In this document: one piece after another, positions 1 to 13,244 of the stretch
How the letters are laid out: the number at the start of each line of letters is the position of its first letter
Position numbering within the stretch: the stretch's first letter is position 1
From: Kudoa neothunni
Lineage: Eukaryota > Animalia > Cnidaria
DNA length: 64,000 nt
NCBI GenBank assembly: GCA_964304625.1
Contig: OZ199838.1
Location: 14,689,907 to 14,753,906, forward strand
Direction: 5' to 3'
The notes under the pieces: model-generated
The model's input: the letters and a program-made list of their open reading frames with translations, nothing else
Told to the model about the DNA's origin: nothing
Database searches by the model: none
Position numbers and translations under genes: made by a program

Positions 1-28
1 AAACCCCGCATGGTCCCGGGAGGGTTAA
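1..28. mobile_element. Probable terminus of a piggyBac-like element truncated by the window edge
   Basis: Ends ...cccgggaggg|TTAA, the same GGG|TTAA terminal signature as the other piggyBac elements in the window. Confidence 0.35.
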
Positions 29-469
29 CTAAACCGTCAGATTGCAAAAATAATGACAAGCTTTAAAATGCAACAATTAAAACAGAAAAATAAAATCTAC
101 AGAGTTTAACGTGCTAATTAGATTAAATCTTACGTAGAATTTCTCCATTCAAAAATAATAGTTAAAATTCTCCATCACATAATATCATAATACCAGGAAA
201 AGCTGAGCATTAGCGCTAATGTAATAAATATAAATTTAAAGCGAATCTCATATCATAAATAAATTTCAGGATTCACAATCATGTATTATATCCATCAAAG
301 TAATTGTGAAAAAAATATTCTATTCAAATCATAATCATCTCAACCATCACTCCAATAGTTGCTAAGAAAAAACTCAAACATAAATTAGGTAATCATCAAC
401 ATGATTCTAATATACAAATATTGATGACTATATTAATAGAAAACTGCAAACAATCGGATGTAACTACGT

Positions 470-1149
470 TTATTCAGCATTTTCGTTTACAACGACGTGA
501 TGATGTAGTTGTGATTTTACAAAAAATGAGCTACTACTTCTTGGATACAACTAATCCAATCTCAAAAATTGGTTCACATGTACAAAAATACCAGAAACAA
601 AACTTTGGAAACTATAAGATTGTATGGAATTTGGCCAAATGAGCGCGAATCTTTACTTTGTTGGGCGTTGTCCCCTAATAACCAAACATGACCTTTCGCT
701 ATCTATACCAATCGTTTTCAAAGTCAAATTTGAATCAGGCATCAATATGAAATACATATTCGGTTTTATATCGGCCTTGGTAATAGTAACGTATTTCATT
801 GGTAGGCATCCCAGATATTCGTTTACATATACAATATCGAGAATCTTGCGGTTGTTTTGCAATTATTACATCCCCTCTATTGGGAAAATAGTCGTTAGAA
901 ATGGTAAACTATACCATTTTTATCACAATTTTAGACGGTTAAAACGTGGTGATAGCTTGTCCACTAAAATCCATGAATAATCTGATGTATCATTGAAGGT
1001 CGGTTGCATTGACGCTCCATGAATCTATTCGAAGCTGATTTAATTGTTAGAAAAAATCTTTATACTATTTCTAGGTCAATTATATTATTTCTTATCACAC
1101 TGGTCACAACACAAAATGATGCAACGCTTTTGAGCGCCTTGAAGGCCAT
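470..1149 (-). CDS. IMMP1L: Mitochondrial inner membrane peptidase subunit 1 (S26 family), 5 exons
   Basis: Manual splicing gives MAFKALKSVASFCVV...|IHGASMQPTFND...|GDVIIAKQPQDSRYCICKRISG...|IAKGHVWLLGDNAQQSKDSRSFGQIPYNLIVSKV. The catalytic Ser (GASM), Lys (KRI) and GDN..S.DSR.FG motifs are intact, and the GT-AG introns are ~40-53 nt. IMP1 versus IMP2 was assigned by motif resemblance. Confidence 0.85.
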
Positions 1150-2172
1150 ACGCTACTTCAAATAATGCGTGAGACCTTTATTTTAAAAGTTTTGGAGTTT
1201 TCTCGAGAAATTAAACTCAAATTGACAGCAATTTTCGTAGTCAAACTTCACCGAGGGATCTGATATGACTAAGTTCGGAGATGTCCGGAAAGAGTGTAAA
1301 TCATGCGAATAGATGCTAGATTATTGTTTAACAAATAAATGTCGATGTGTAAAAGTCACATAAAATTTTGTAATCTTAATGCTAATTTTTGATAAATAGG
1401 TCAGTCCCGAGAGAATTAATGACTGATGTTGAATCATTTTGAGTCATGGATTCACCTGGAGAAATAGTGAAAATTTTAGTTGTCACTAAATATTCCACAA
1501 TCCCATCTTTTTAGTTCACTGATTCCGGTCATGGGAATAATAAATTACCCCTATTTTATTTGGTGATAATTATAAAGCTTATGACACTTGGAAAACACCC
1601 TTTTCTCATTTTTTACGGCTGCTAAATTGCCTATTACAGCAATCCAATTTTTAGTGACAATGTTAGAAATTGTAAATCTACGATAGTTTATTTCGAATGA
1701 AAGATAGGCGTGATTAGGTAAAATTTCGTTAATTTATGTTTGACTGTCAACTATCATACATGATTTATATGAACCAACCCGTTCAATTTTTTAAACCAAC
1801 CTAAAATTTATGTACTGCTAGGATATTGTAATATAATTGCTAACTTTAAATAAACTTTCCAAGTAATAATTATTTACCGAGAAAATTTAATTAAACCAGA
1901 GTCCGAACGTGAACAATAACGTTTAATGAGTTTTTATTTTTTTAAATAATAATTTTCGTATTATTTTCCCAAAGACAAATTCTCTACAGATGGTTTGGAT
2001 TTATTGTTTTCAAATTTTCTTAGAATGAAATAACAACAGTTGAAATTTTTGAAAAGTTTATCTTTCATTATATGCAATTAATACTCCACAATTGCCATTA
2101 ATTACGACGTGCAAAAATAATTTAACGGCAAACATCAAAATATATCATTAAAACTGAATAAAGCAATTTTGG

Positions 2173-3049
2173 TTAGGAATCCAATATTTCGCAAGCACAG
2201 GCAATCGCTTCCACTTCGACGAGACCGTTCTAAAAATAATTCATAATTAATAACTAAATAATCATAATTATTAACTTTAGTGAAAAAATACTTCCAAATT
2301 AATCACAAAAAAATTATAAAATAATCACAAAACTAGCTCACCTTTGGAAGGTTAGAAACTTCGAACGCAATTCTAGCAGGATAGGGTTCAACCACATCTA
2401 CAGACAAAATTACAACATACGCGCTAATTTACCATAAAAAATTACATTGTTGATAAACTTTATTGAAATTTTCAAAATCTTTAATATCGACAAGTAAAAC
2501 GGTGCATTTTACCACTAAAGGGGCATAACAAACTTTGTGTCTCATGCGAACAAACAGGACATCAATATTACAATAAAAACCTACAATTTTTTGCGGACAA
2601 TCCACACTCTTCCAATATAGCCAAAATATTTTTCATCGTCTTCAGTCGACAAAAAATACAATTATAACTTCTTTATATCAAAGCACACATACTTGATGAC
2701 TTTGAGAAGTTATATCAGCACCAGAAAATTTATTGACCTACAAAAATAGGAATTAAAACTCAACTTGCTTTAAGTTATGCGCAATTGATATAAATGTGAA
2801 GCTTAATTATTGTTAACTTACTGTTGGATCGATTCCTAATTGACCCGAAATATATAAAGTAGATCCAATCTTCACAGCTTGACTACACGGCATACATTAA
2901 AAGTAACCTATAAAACTGTACTTATATGGGCCTATAGGTTGAGGAGCTTTTGAACTGCGGATTATAGTTCTATGAATTTTAGTGTCGCTCATCTCTCTGT
3001 GTATAAGTCGAGTAGCGCCGAATTTGCGAGGAAATAAACGGTACATCAT
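2173..3049 (-). CDS. RIDA: RidA/YjgF/UK114 reactive-intermediate deaminase, 7 exons, with a putative mitochondrial presequence
   Basis: Spliced product contains [28 protein letters not shown]...VVKCTVLLVDIKDFENFNKVY...PYPARIAFEVSNLPKNGLVEVEAIA. The catalytic Arg in PAR is present. Confidence 0.92.
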
Positions 3050-3326
3050 ATTTTGAAGGAGTCTATTGAATTGGTATAATTAACTAACCACTAAGAATTG
3101 ATCTATTCCTATGAAAACACATTCTCTACTCGTTAAAAACTACGAAACAATGTTTCCATGATGAACGCAATATTTATAAAATATTATATTTACAAAAAAG
3201 TGAAACTTTTAAAATTTCAAAAATAATATTAGAGGCTGAAAAAATGTTTCACCACAACTCCAACGCTCTCAAAAAGTTACCAAATTTATAGAGTTCAACA
3301 AGCGCACGCAATTTCAATCCATAGTC
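3050..3326. promoter_or_regulatory. Compact divergent (bidirectional) promoter region between RIDA and CCT4
   Basis: The head-to-head start codons are separated by only 277 bp. Confidence 0.55.
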
Positions 3327-5327
3327 ATGTCTGCCACTAGTGTCGCATCACATGTGTCCTCTGAGGCTGGTGTAAAAAAAGAGAAGCCTAAACAAGTTCG
3401 AGAAAGTAACATACTAGCAGCGAAAGGTAATCATGCCATTTGTGGTGACGGATGACCATTATTTATTCTGATAGCATTAGGAGATTGCATCCGATCAAGT
3501 TTAGGACCAAAAGGAATGGATAAAATGGTACTATTAATTATCTACCATAACAAACCGAAAATTCAATCGATTTAGATCATTGATAAGAATAAAAATGTCA
3601 CCATTTCCAATGATGGTGCCACTATTCTTGAACACATGTTTGTAGTGCATCCTATTGCACAAATGGTAACTGATCTATTTGAGTGTACTGATGGTGAATT
3701 TTCTGTGCCGTTTTTTAGTTAGTAGATGTTTCCAAGGCTCAAGATATTGAAGCTGGTGATGGTACCACATCAGTTGTCATTATAGCTTGTAGTTTATTGG
3801 ATGCTACATCCAGACTGTTGGAGAAAGGTGATTTCACATTTTTAACACCTTTTTGTATATCATACATTTCAGGTATTCATCCAACAGCCATCTCAGAAGG
3901 ATATCAAATCGCTTGCAACAAAGCATTGGCCATTCTGAGAGGAATGGGTCACAAAATCGACCTCAAAGATAGAGAAACTCTGCTGAAAAGTGCTTGCACA
4001 TCTTTGTCATCAAAAGTAACTATAGCAACATTTTGGGAGTGAGTAAAATAAGTAAAACGGTGTGTTCTAGGTGGTATCCGAATATTCGGACATACTTGCT
4101 CCAATTAGTGTGGATGCGGTGTTGGGATTGATACCACCTTCCGACTTGGAAAAAGAAAATATATCGGTGGATCTTAAAGATATCCGAGTAGTGCACAAAC
4201 TTGGAGGAACTATTGAAGATACTGAGATGGTTGTGGATGGATTTGTGTTGTCGAAAAACTTTTCGAATAATCCCTCCAAGACTTCAATCCGACTCGAAAA
4301 AGCCAAAGTTGCAGTTGTACAATTTTGCATTTCGCCTCCTAAAACCGATGTATATTAGCGTATTAGTTATTAGGTTTTGGTTGCACAGTTTGATGTTTTG
4401 ATCCTCCAACTCATTCATATTTTTAGATGGATAGCAACGTGATTGTCACCGATTACACTCAAATGGATCGCATACTCAAAGAGGAGCGCCAATACATTCT
4501 GAAAATGTGCAAAACCATTCAAAAATCCGGTTGCAATGTAGTGCTTCTACAAAAATCTATTTTAAGGTAGCGATTTATGCTGTGTTTCAAGAGTTGTCAA
4601 CTAGTTCGTATTTGATCGATTTAGAGATGCGATCACCGATATTGGACTACATTATCTCACCAAAATGGGCATTTATTTGATTAAAAATGTGGAACGTGAT
4701 GAGGTCGAATACATTTGTAAAAATCTTGGTTGTCGACCCATCGCAAGTTTGGATCATTTCACTGCAGAATCCCTTGCCACCGTGGATCTCATCGAGGAGA
4801 TTTCCACCGGCTGTGATAAGTATGTCAAATTCTCGGGTTGTAAATGCGATCAAAAAACTGCCAGTATTATTGTTCGTGGATCCAACCAATTGGTAATAGA
4901 TGAAGCCGATCGATCTTTGCATGACGCACTTTGTGTGGTGCGATCACTAGTGAAGAGTCGTCATCTATTACCTGGCGGCGGTGCGCCTGAAACCGAAATG
5001 TCCATTGGATTGCTTTCGTACGCTCAAACTCTTAGTGGAACCGATGCAATCTGTGTGAGAACTTTCGCTGAAGCTCTCGAAGTTATTCCTACCACCCTCG
5101 CCGAGAATGCCGGTCTCGATGCTGTCTCCATTGTTTCCGAGCTGAGAAAAATGCATGGGGAAGGCGTTAAAAATGCTGGTATTAATGTGCATAAAGGGAA
5201 AGTTGAAGATGTGTACGCTGCCAATGTTGTACAACCACTTCTGGTATCCACTAGTGCACTCTCACTCGCCACCGAAGCTGTTCGTTGTGTTCTCAAAATT
5301 GATGACATGATTCAAGCAGTTCGTTGA
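3327..5327 (+). CDS. CCT4: T-complex protein 1 subunit delta (CCT/TRiC chaperonin), multi-exon
   Basis: Contains [74 protein letters not shown] and [13 protein letters not shown]. The N-terminal and QFC.SPPKTDM motifs are characteristic of the delta subunit. Confidence 0.95.
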
Positions 5328-5631
5328 TACTCAATATTCATTCCAATCCAACAACGTTCACTCATCCATCCCGTTAATTTAACGTTGGTTATAGGTCTCA
5401 GCAATTATATTGACTGTTTAGTTATTTTTATTGCTTTGCTAGTTACACTTGTTTAAAAAAATAATTATCTATTTTACCTAGTTGAAGTTGTCGTGATACT
5501 TTTTTAATTCGAGTTAATTTAAAAAATATTAATTCGAGAATTATATAATTATAAATGATTATTTTTCGTCCATATATCATATAATTTCTGCGCGAGAAGT
5601 AATTAGACTACAATGAGGAAATACTTTATGT

Positions 5632-6242
5632 CAAAGGTTCTCCAACCGGGAATAGACTAAGTAACATCTAAATTGGATACGACAATTATTACGGAATGAG
5701 GTTCTTGAGGTACCTAAGAATTTCTAAGGAATTATATAGTTCAGAGCCATTAAACTCAATAGGAGTTGACAGATATCCTTTAAATGTTTTTAGGAATAAG
5801 TATTTAACAAATACATATAAAACTATAAACATTCTCTTTTTTTATGACTCATTTATTGTTTAGTGATATAGCCTAATAATAAGGCTTAAAGTGACTATTT
5901 TCATGATAAATAATATTTAGGTGTTACTAGTTTTGACTACTTCTAATTATTTCTCATCCCTAAAAGGGAAGGAAGGAACAGAGATAATTTAATGCAGAAA
6001 AATAGAACAAATTTTAATTTGTACACACATTGTGAGTTAGAGTTGATGAGATTAAAAATTTCCATTACACAAGCTTAAACGCCACTTTGGATTGGAATTT
6101 ACTTTGTGAATAGCCCCTGTCATAGCTAAAACAATATGTAACCTTAAATTAAATTTGAATTTGGTTTCAAAGGTAAGGGTGTAAATTTGGGCTACTCATC
6201 AGGCTGAGGGGTTAAATTTAAAAATACGGTTGAGTGCCCCTG
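5632..6242. mobile_element. Degenerate hAT-type MITE
   Basis: Ends caaaggttctccaacc / ggttgagtgcccctg, with 8-bp flanks ctttatgt / cttgaagt (6/8). Confidence 0.4.
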
Positions 6243-6734
6243 CTTGAAGTTAATGTCTAAATTTCTATATTATTTTGATATTTGCGACTAAAAGATGATT
6301 GGTTATGTAAAAAATAAATAATATAGGTATTTGTAATTTTTTAAAAATACTTGTGTCATGTATATTACATATTCCTTTTCGAGATAAAAGCTGGTATAAA
6401 TGTGTTAATTCGCGCAAAATACATTCTAATATAAATATTGATAATAAAACTAAATTTTATTATAATTAAATAAATCGTTAGATATGTTAAATCAATTTAA
6501 AAAAAAATTCCACAGTGTTTAAAGTTAAAACCTCACGAATCTATATGCTATAAGACAAGGATTTTTAGACTTTAATTGATTATAAACGATTCTTAAATAA
6601 AAGCAACGATTTAGACACTTTACTAATTTACAAATAATAAAATATAAAATCAATTATTATAGCCACTACTATTTTGGTCAATTTAAAGATTTTATCTATT
6701 TATAAACAAACATTTCAATCTTATTATTGTTGTA

Positions 6735-7110
6735 ACGTATTTCTTCGAAAACAAGACCCTGTCATATTAATTTAACACAAGAACTAGCTACTTTTTTCGA
6801 AGTAGGTCTTATATTTCTGCCCCAAAACCCAAAGGATTATATTCCTATGGGATTTTCTAAAAGTAACGTGGATTAAATTTTTTATAGAAAAAAATTGTTA
6901 CAATCTTCATAAAAAACGTAATTATTCATTATTGTTAAAGCTAAAGCCTACTAATCAAGTACTTGTTGAATAATCACTACCAAAATAGTCTGAAACAATG
7001 CCAGGTCTTATTTAACTTTTTGTGGCACTCTTGGTTTTCTGTACGCAATAACTCGTATTTTACAATATATACTGCTTCAAGGTCATATGTATTATATTTT
7101 GGGGTATTTA
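6735..7110. mobile_element. Possible Tc1/mariner-superfamily MITE remnant
   Basis: Starts cgtatttcttcgaaaacaagacc and has recurring internal ggtcttat motifs. The right end is degraded. Confidence 0.3.
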
Positions 7111-7344
7111 ATAATATACAGTAGGCAATCGATTTTCCGTACTTTTTAACTTTTTGTTGCTCGTTTACTCTGAAAGTTTCTGTAAAAGTAAAGATTCAAT
7201 ATTAGAATATCATATTAAAATTAAATTTAAGAAAGTTTACAAATAAAGAAAAAATGCTGAAAATACGAAAAATCCATCGCTAGGGATTTTACGTACTTTT
7301 TCTGGAATTTTTCGAGGGAACTTGCGGGGTTTTCGTAGTTTTTA

Positions 7345-8546
7345 GATGGCAGAAAATAATTAAAAATGCATAACAATTAAGGAAGAATTTGAAATAATCG
7401 AATTTTTTAACACTTGCATAAGAAGGGAGCGGAGAATGCTACCTTTCGATATTTTAAACTTCATACAATTTCAATATTGGATGGCATTCTTAATAAAAAA
7501 GGAGAAATATTGAAATCCCATGAATATGGGATAGCTTCACCGAAAAAAATTTGAAATATAGTACCAACAAAGAGCGTGATTCTGAGAAGTTTGAGTGGAT
7601 TAATTTGATGCGCTCAAAAAAATATAGATAACTTCTATCGATATAATTAATAAAATGAGAGAATTGCGCTCAAATTATTCGTGTGTGGATTCATTCATAA
7701 CCGACGGTTTAATCAATATTCAACCCAAAATGGCAAAATTATCATGATGATTTTTGTATCGTTGACAGCGAAACAATTAAAAATGGATTCCAATGTTATT
7801 AGATATAATAAAGAACTGCTCACCCGACTTTGTTTTTGAAATTGACGAAACTGCGCTATTCTATTAGCAACACGAACTAAAATTTTTGTTTGTATATGTT
7901 TGTATAATTCTAGGAAAGAACTATGTTACAACTAGGGAAAATGTCTATAATCGAATAAAAAAGAGGAAAAAAGAATAACAATCCTCTTTTGTGCTTTCAA
8001 ATCTAGAAAAAAACTCGATCCTTTGATTATTTGGCATTCTGCTAAAACGAGATGCTCCAAAAATGTGAAAAACCTACTAAAGTATGAGTGCCGCGAAAAA
8101 ACATGAATGACTAATCATTTGCTTATAGAATATATAACTGGTTTAAATAAGTTTCTTGAATAGATCCCAGTAAAATTGTTTTATATTCGACAATGCAATT
8201 TCTAAATTTCACAATGATTTAAGCCATAAAAAAATGGTTTTTCTTCATCAAAATACGATAAGCGTTTTGCGACCTTTAGATCAGGGTATTATCCATTCGT
8301 TCAAAGTGGCATATAAAAGAGAAATTATAAAAAAGTTTTTTGCATTCACATAAGCTGGCTCTCTCCCAACTTCCTCAGGTTATCTGGAATCTATATTTTT
8401 AACTAAAGGAGCGTGAGAGTCTGCTAGCAATAAGACCATATTAAATTGTTTTAAAGCTAGATTTTCACCTGCTAACGATGAAGATATAAATAATGAAATT
8501 AGGCTCCATGAACTAATAGAAATTGATTTGGAAATTGACAAGATGA
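7345..8546 (+). pseudogene. Decayed Tigger/CENP-B-type (DDE_1) transposase
   Basis: Fragments DETALFY, RITILFCA, KLDPLII, FDNA, NTISVLRPLDQGIIHSFKVAYKR and TILNCFKA, separated by stops and frameshifts. Confidence 0.85.
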
Positions 8547-8586
8547 TTCTAGAGCAGTGGCGGGAAAAGTGCGACCCGCGTAAGAG
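8507..8586 (+). repeat. 80-bp direct repeat, copy 1
   Basis: catgaactaatagaaattgatttggaaattgacaagatgattctagagcagtggcgggaaaagtgcgacccgcgtaagag, 79/80 identical to 13245-13324. Confidence 0.95.
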
Positions 8587-11500
8587 GGGACGGCCAAGTT
8601 TCGCCGGAGCCAGGTTTTGCCGGAATCGCGCACGCCCGTTTTCTCGTATATAATCGGCGACGCGCAGATGTCGGCGCGCGTATAAAATCATGAACCAAGA
8701 AATTAGTGCTGATTTTATTATTACCAAGACAAAAAAAAATAATGACAAGCTTTTTTATAATGGTTTTTTTTATAATAAAGATTATAAAACAAAAGTTTGT
8801 CAGTATTGGAGGTGTGAAAAACGAGGATGTAAAGGTAGGCTAAGAACATTTCCGGCAGAACAGATAGAGAGGTTGGATACGCTAGGCTTTCATAGTCACT
8901 TAGTATCCGAGGAAGAAAAAAACAAGCAATTTTTCAAGGATAAAATCAAGCATATCGCAGAAAATACTGTATATCCAACTAATAAAGTGTATGATATCGC
9001 AACTAATCAAGAAGATGTCCAAAGATTGCCAAATATTCCAAAAAAGTCCGTTTATCAGGTGATTCGAGATATACGAAAACGAAAGAGTATTGATGTAAAT
9101 CCTGAGACAAATCTTTGTGGATCGATAATGACCTTAAGGAACAAAAATTTTTGTATATACGATTCTGGATCCGAGGATAGCAATAGAATTATTATTTTTA
9201 CAACAGAAGAAAATCTTTCGCACCTAAAACATTCCAAATTCTGGGTTTGCGACGGAACGTTCAAGGTTGTTCCAAGAACGTTCTCCCAAATGTACACCAT
9301 TCATGGTCACGTTTTTAACAAAATATTACCGTTGGTGTTTATTTTAATGACAGATAGGTCGGAGAGCAGCTATGACCGTATTATTCAAATTATAAGAGAG
9401 AAAGGAAACCTGGAACTTCCCAACATTATCATAGATTTTGAGGTTGCTGCGTATAATGCATTTAAAAAAGAAACAAAACGTAATGTGTTCTTCTGCTTGT
9501 TCCATCTTGGCCAATGCGTTAATCGAAGATTGCATAAATTTGGTCTATCAAAGTTTTATCAGGAAGATAGTGAGTTTAAACTTTTTGTCAAGTGCGTTAC
9601 TTCGTTAGCCTTTGTACCGAAAGATTGCGTGAAGATAGAATTTGAAAAATTACTTCTACAAGCCAAGAAAATTGAAATAAAGAATTTGAATCTATTCCTA
9701 AGTTATTTTGAGAAGAACTTCATTAATAGTAACAAATACCCTGTTGAATCATAGAATGCTCATTCTCGAACCCTTAATGACATACCTCTAACCTCCAATA
9801 ATGCAGAAAGTTTCCATCGACATTTTTATGCTAGGTTTGATCAAGCACATTCAGGTCTACTAACTTTTATTAAAAATTTACAAGAGAGACAAAGCTCAGT
9901 TGAACAAGAAGCCATGTTTTATTTATGCAATCCTAATAATGATCCTCGGAGTAAAGATGTTAAATTAAAAATGGATAAGTTGAAATCTTTATGTGAGAGT
10001 TACCATCGATATTACGATACATTCTTCGTTCAGGCTATTTCCAAAGAATATAACTGGTATATAGAGTAACCCCAATTTCCCCTACCTGCATTTCGCTTTA
10101 TAATATCTTAGTTTTTCTAATTCGTATGCTGTCGCTGATAATGAGTACAGGAAAAAATTGCTATTAAATAGAAGTTCCAGGTTATCGATATTGAAAAATG
10201 TGTGATCATATGTGTCATTTCCATGTATTCGCAGATCACTTGAAAAGCATCATTTTGTTTCCCTTAGATTATTTTTTAATTCTCGTTATCACTCAATATA
10301 TATTTTTCGAACATAAATTCAAACCTTTCCATGTAACAAATTTTCCTTCCTTTTTAGCATTAAGTATTGCATTTTCTATGTAAAAATATTTTCTCCGCCT
10401 TCGCATCAATTAATACTACATTTAGATTTTTAGAACAAGAATTAGTCATAGAAATAGCCAATAACTGCAGGTATTTTTATAGCAACTTTTGATTACGTTT
10501 AGATTTTCCGGATACATGTCAGACCTTTCGCCAATCTTGTGACAACAATTTATTCTTACCTAGTTACTCTTGTTTTTTTTTGTAAATTTAATCGATTTTT
10601 TATTTATTAAGAATATAACAGCGTTTATTTCCGATATTAATTATTTTATAATTCCAAATGTTTTCACCGACCTATTATTTAATTATTTAAGTTATTACAA
10701 AATGGAATAATATAATATGAAAGATATTTATAAATTACTATAGTTATGATGTTTAAGAAAGGATAAGAATGTTTTTAACTAACTATCTTACCTATTCCAT
10801 ACAAAACATCTTATCTTTGACAAATTCGTTAATATCGCATGCGCCTTTAGCCACCCATGGGTTTATATTAGGGGTTTTTTACTTTTAGCGTACGTATATA
10901 AATCTGTATTCTTGTAGTTGCAATGAAATAATTTTATTTTAGTTAATAAATTTTTTATATGGCCATTATATTAGCTTCCTGTGTTTTATTTCAGGATAAT
11001 ACTTTAATCATCTATCTACAAATTGAATTTTACAAACAACTATACATACACATAGATATTATTTTAAGTATTTGTAGGGTTAATATAAATACCTTAAGCA
11101 TGATCAAAATTAATTACATGTCAAACAAATAAATTTATAATTACCCAAAAAACTCAATTTTTGTCTTTAAACTATATGCAACATTCAATTTAAAAAACAA
11201 TATAACCGCTAATTCGTGCATATACATACATATTTATTAATTGATCTGGCATATTTTTATATATTCTATATGTTAGGAAATGGAAACGAATATATAAATT
11301 AAAATTATCGATGGAATGATAGACCTTTGTTAAAATTTACAGATCAGAAGTGTAGATTCTGCTTCAATTCCTTTATTTTCCATTCCCATGCATTTTTTTG
11401 ACTGCTGTATTGAGAAAGATAGAAGATATAATTGTATCTTATAAAATTGGCTTGCCGTTATAAAATAGAAATAATCACCTAAAAGGTTCATCAAAAAAAT

Positions 11501-13244
11501 GACTATTCCCATAAATGGTAAGGTTAGCAAATTGTAAACTTAAAGCTTAGCTTTCTGGACAATGCTTTAGCATAACAAAAATTTGATGGGAATGTTAAAC
11601 TTAATTTATTCGTAAAAATGATTTTTTTTCCAGGTTTTAAATTTCGATTTATCTTTTTAACTCAAAACAAATAATATTTGATTCATTATCAATTTTTTGG
11701 TGTTAACCATAACATAAATAATTTATAACTAATATGTAATCAAGCAACTTTTTTGACTCAAATGATGAAAATATTTAGCTTCTAAAGAATGTGTTAATAT
11801 AGTTGATTAAATTAGAAAAAATATAAGTTTAAGAAATAATGAATTTTTCTTTGAAAATTTCTAAATTATTCAACAGGATTTGGTAATAACTAAGTTAAGT
11901 AGTTTCCATAAATTTGTGCCGAGGATTAATATATTAACTCCATTTAATAAATTGTTGACAGAAATTAAAGACGATGAGTTGATGGAAGATGGCATCAAAT
12001 GGCATATTCAATGGTTTAACAGGTTATAAATCCGCCCTAGAGATTGATACTGTCTTTTTAAATAAAATAATGAATCTATTAGATACAATCACAAATATTA
12101 CATTTCAAATGTTTAATAAAGTTAAAAAACGTAATTTTTTAACAAATAGTTGGATATAAATTTCAAAAAAGTATCACACATTATATATTCTTAAAGCGTT
12201 CATAAAATTACAAAAATTGATCCGCGTTGCATTTTAAGTATTTTTGGACAAAGGTATAACAGGAACTCGGTTACATACTGTTCTAACCCATATAATTCAC
12301 TTTATGGGGGGATAGTCAAGAATTTATTCAAAAATTGTACCCCATAAAAATTAATAAATCTCATCGCTGGTAAATGTAGAATTCAAACTGCAGTCTAATG
12401 ATTAGAAATAATTAACAAATTATAACATTGTTACGTGCGGAGGAATTTTACTTATTAATTGTACTTGGTACGGTTTATATAAACTTAAATAATAACATAA
12501 GAAATATAGGAAACATTCCAAAAATGCATGTATGTTACTATCGTATTTTTATTAGGTGCAAACAGAATAGATCGAAAAATTGTGGTATTGATTTTATTTT
12601 ATTCTAATCATATTATTTATTATCGTTAATCATTTGTTAATGCTTACATCATATTAAATATACAATATATATTGTATATAACTTTTATTCCTTAACATCT
12701 TTCGTATATTATTATTAAATCTTAAGACTCAGGATAAAATTAAATTCACCCTCTCATATATATAATACTAAATGCCAAAAAAATAAAACTAAAAACTTTA
12801 TAAGATCGATTTTTAATGTTTATGTTTCTATTATGGTGAGTAAGTTGGATTTAAATATTATATAAAAGAACTAAATGATGCCGGCTTATAAGCGATAGTT
12901 TTAGCCATCAGTGTTTATATGCCACCAAAAATAAGTGACAATATTTACATACTTTCCATCAGTTTTTAAGCATTAACATGATAACCGATTTAAATACTAA
13001 TTATACAATAGGATTATGAATTTTATTTTATATTGAAAACACACAAAAGCAAATAGCAACGCATTTCATTGAGAAAAGAAAAGGTATGCATACGTGCCAA
13101 CTGATCTATTATAATACACCAATTATATTTTAAAAATAAGAATATCTATAATACAATTGATTGATATACGTAGTTATTGCATAACTATAATTTAAACCTA
13201 CAAAAAGACTAAATAAAAAGAAACTTCAGTGCGCATGCGCCGGT
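8587..13244 (+). mobile_element. Mutator-like (FLYWCH-MULE) segment with ~3.2 kb of unexplained downstream cargo
   Basis: GC-rich left end gggacggccaagtttcgccggagccaggttttgccgg followed by the transposase. The segment is delimited by the 80-bp direct repeat, and no complete right TIR was found. Confidence 0.65.
8690..10069 (+). pseudogene. FLYWCH-MULE DDE transposase with a single premature stop (TAG at 9752-9754)
   Basis: Contains YWRCEKRGCKGR..HSH (FLYWCH), WVCDGTFK..FSQMYTIHG, IIDFEVAAYNA and CLFHLGQ. The frame continues past the TAG as (W)NAHSRTLNDIPLTSNNAESFHR to TAA at 10069. Confidence 0.92.

Noticed and set aside
421-980. Plus-strand ORFs 421-642 and 624-980, and minus ORF 653-862
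   Set aside because: These are antisense or off-frame shadows of the spliced IMMP1L gene.
8380-8748. 122-aa minus-strand ORF
   Set aside because: It crosses the Tigger/hAT/MULE junction and is a chance ORF in GC-richer TE ends.
9752-9754. Stop-codon reassignment (TAG read as Trp) suggested by the MULE in-frame stop
   Set aside because: Host genes use TGG for Trp and appear to terminate at TAA, TAG and TGA normally. A single G-to-A nonsense mutation or read error explains it.
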